Position numbers and translations under genes: made by a program. Positions 63,257-64,000 of a stretch of DNA of 64,000 nt are shown here, piece by piece. A model generated the notes under the pieces. It did no database searches. It worked only from the letters and a program-made list of their open reading frames with translations, and was not told the DNA's origin. Source of the DNA: Azolla caroliniana (Eukaryota; Plantae; Polypodiophyta). Within the stretch, counting starts at the first letter, position 1, and each line of letters opens with the position of its first letter. The stretch covers positions 1,302,001 to 1,366,000 of the forward strand of contig JBHGNT010000011.1 in assembly GCA_043228905.1 (NCBI GenBank), read 5' to 3'.

Positions 63257-64000
63257 TGTTGAGAGACAAGCTCAACATCAGCCAGATCGGCTGAAGAAGC
63301 CGACAACTAGGCAACCTAGGATAAGGCTGGTAGGCTGTTACAACCTACATTCCTAATCTTAGTATTAGGAATATTTTGGTAGTTATTCCGTTGGAGGCCT
63401 ACATTCTTGTGCTAGTAAATAGGAATATTATGGGCCAAGTTAGTGTTTGGCTCATATATGAGCATTCAAGTACTGATGATACTTGGGTCAGCCCATTGTC
63501 AAGGCTTGTATAAAAGTGCTCATTGAGCACAATCATATGTACAGAGTGCTATTATTGAGTTTTTTTTCTGCTGCTTTATTCTATCTCATATTGTGTATTC
63601 TCCATTCTCTGTGTTTACCTAACTGTTGCTACAGTCCGGCTAAGTCGATCGCGTCTGTGTACAAGCTTCCACATCTTACTCTTTTCATGGTATCAGAGCG
63701 CAAGGGTTGAACATCCTCTGATGCTGACAAATGCTTTCAACACAAAGATGAAGAGTCCTCTTCTTCAAACAACAGGAACATGGACAGAGATATGGGCAGT
63801 TCGCTTCCGACAGAAAAGCTTGATAGGAGCAACTACGCATCTTGGGCATACAAGATGCACCAGTACCTACTCGAGCACTGGTATTGGAGCTATGTCGAAG
63901 GAGCTAATGATGCAACACCAGATTCGACACACAAAGATTTTCAGGCTTGGGAACAGGCGGCAAGCTGAGTTCTTTACTGCTTTGCATCGATGTGAGTCAC
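63257..64000 (+). mobile_element. Copia element start: LTR 63257-63687, tRNA-iMet PBS 63688-63699, gag from 63780
   Basis: TGTTGAGAGACAAGCTCAACA...CA then TGGTATCAGAGC; EKLDRSNYASWAYKMHQYL is homologous to the host Copia gag. Confidence 0.88.

Overview
Eukaryotic window, probably from a non-seed land plant (inference from the TE lineages and a plant TM9SF gene), made almost entirely of nested transposons. One Ty1/Copia element (4991-52353) is expanded to ~47 kb by three insertions: (i) chromovirus-type Ty3/Gypsy A1 (5398-23057), itself holding a gag-only tRNA-Trp-primed element B (6682-10305) and a Tat-like Gypsy D with an extra RNase H (11549-18562); (ii) a second copy A2 (25073-38791) holding a GC-rich tRNA-Trp-primed Gypsy C (27765-34758); (iii) a solo LTR of family B (40325-50591) containing a 9.5-kb DNA transposon (40544-50008; 36-bp TIRs, 4-bp TSD AAAG). 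This DNA transposon is the most interesting object. Besides a disrupted Sola-like DDD transposase, it carries a divergently transcribed six-exon gene that splices into an uninterrupted ~974-aa protein fusing a ParB-like domain to a bacterial-type beta-class amino (6mA/4mC) DNA methyltransferase. Intron 1 of that gene holds ~15 phased 25-bp palindromes. The only host gene is a TM9SF/EMP70 gene with an intronless CDS (55163-57154), followed by LINE and LTR debris. All coordinates and alignments were read by eye.
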